A stretch of 64,000 nucleotides of DNA, from positions 104,534,001-104,598,000 of the forward strand of contig CM059431.1 of assembly GCA_030390025.1 (NCBI GenBank), given 5' to 3'. The notes beneath the pieces were generated by a model that saw only the letters and a program-made list of their open reading frames with translations, was not told where the DNA came from and ran no database searches. The DNA comes from Squalus acanthias (Eukaryota). Position numbers and translations under genes: made by a program. Below, in pieces: positions 62,656 to 64,000 of this stretch (positions within the stretch are counted from its first letter, which is position 1; each line of letters begins with the position of its first letter).

Positions 62656-63420
62656 GGGCTGGATATTCCGATCCCTATGGGTGTGTATGCGCTGTGTACC
62701 CAACCGTAAGGACATCAGAAGTGCTGGTTTCAGGCGTGCACAGCGCATGCGCTGAAAACCGGCATTTCCGATCTGTCAAGACTGCTCTTGACAGATTGGA
62801 CGCCTGCCCTGGAGAAGGGCCTCTGCGGGCGGATAGTTCCGCTTTCTGGAGACCCTCCGCCCGCAGAAAACCCTTAGAAATCTTACGCCTGGTAGAAGCA
62901 GGCGTAAGGCCTGCTTTTACCAGCATAAGATTTGAAAACAGTAAAAAAAAAAAAATTTTTTCACTCATTTATCATTTAAAAATACTTTAAAAAAAGGTAA
63001 GTTTATTTTTAGCTCCGTAAAATAACGTTAATTATTTTTTTCAAAAAATTAAATTTTTGTTTAAAATATTTATTAATTTATTGTAATTTAAACTAATTTT
63101 TTAAATGTCGTTTTTATTTATTTATTTAATGTTTTACTGTGTTTTTGGGGTGATCTCCATTCATATATTTGACAGGTCTATCTGTCAAGTGTATGAAGGG
63201 AGCTTACCTTCTTTGATTGGCTCCCCAAGGCCCATGTGATCCCAGGGACGCTTGTGAACCGCCTGCGCCTCTGGGATACGTGGGCCTCTGCGCATTTCGA
63301 GTGTGGAGAGGCCCAGGAGCGGAAGTGTCCGGACCTGGGGAGCCCTCAGGTTAGTCCGTAGATTTTTTCCAGATTGGAGGCCTCCGCACGCGGGAAGCCT
63401 GCGATCGGACATTATGGCCC
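62656..63420. mobile_element. About 765-bp Harbinger-like element with an AT-rich centre
   Basis: GGGCTGGAT...ATGGCCC ends and exact AAT TSD. Confidence 0.82.
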
Positions 63421-63900
63421 AATAGCTGCTTTAATATTTTAGTAGTAGTGTAATGGGCATACTTTGGGCCTCAGCGATTGACTCTGTGAGACGATCTGGA
63501 ATCCTATTTATGGTTCAGATCGTGGGTTGAACACAATTGGATACAAGAAAAATATGTAGTTTAGACACACACAGCCAGCTATTGATCAGTACACCAGGCT
63601 AAATGCCATGCTGGAATCAAATTCAACAATCCAGATAATTTGGCCTGTTACAGCAGACCACCCTCTGCATACAGATCAGCAGGCGTTGACTAACACTGTG
63701 CAGTCTCTCATCAAACTACATAAATGATGAAGGTTTACCGCATCTTGACAAACTTCAAAGGCAGCAGAATGCACTGATTAACACTTATATATAGGATAGG
63801 CTATGTTGGCTTGGATGCATTGATCGTATGTATTTGGATGGTTTGTTTGGTTGCTCTATCTGTTCTGACTTCCAAGACTAGGGTCTGAAGAGATCAGTAA

Positions 63901-64000
63901 TGCGATCTGCTCTACATGGCGGAGACCAAACGCAGATTGGGTGATCACTTTGCGGAACACCTTCATTCAGTCCGCAAGCGTGAGCCCTGAGCTTCTGGCC
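63901..64000 (+). pseudogene. Penelope-like GIY-YIG endonuclease fragment
   Basis: Translates CDLLYMAETKRRLGDHFAEHLHSVRK, a degenerate YIGET.R.L..R..EH motif. Confidence 0.7.

Noticed and set aside
1..64000. CRISPR array or prokaryotic operon
   Set aside because: Eukaryotic repeat landscape with spliceosomal introns and no regularly spaced repeat-spacer pattern.

Overview
Repeat-dominated, non-genic vertebrate DNA, most likely from a shark or other cartilaginous fish. This is inferred from the SacSINE1/DeuSINE-type tRNA SINEs, CR1 LINEs with (TTCTATGA)n-type tails, and L2, RTE and Penelope-like fragments. No host protein-coding gene could be supported. The centrepiece is an apparently intact autonomous PIF/Harbinger DNA transposon (18551-22712) with 12-bp TIRs and an ATA target-site duplication (TSD). 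It carries a three-exon Myb/SANT DNA-binding gene (+) and a convergent intronless DDE transposase with an intact catalytic triad (-). Around it lie roughly 20 non-autonomous GGG(N)nATTTT-ended relatives of several families, two of which keep only the Myb/SANT exon. Four independent Harbinger-type insertions sit in the 8-bp tail microsatellite of CR1 LINEs. The window also holds minimal hammerhead-ribozyme motifs from two Penelope-like families, including short palindromic inserts with 13-bp TSDs, a solo LTR, a local inverted duplication splitting an RTE, and a direct duplication giving a filled/empty site pair. Coordinates of degraded repeats are approximate and all family names come from motif recognition, not database searches.
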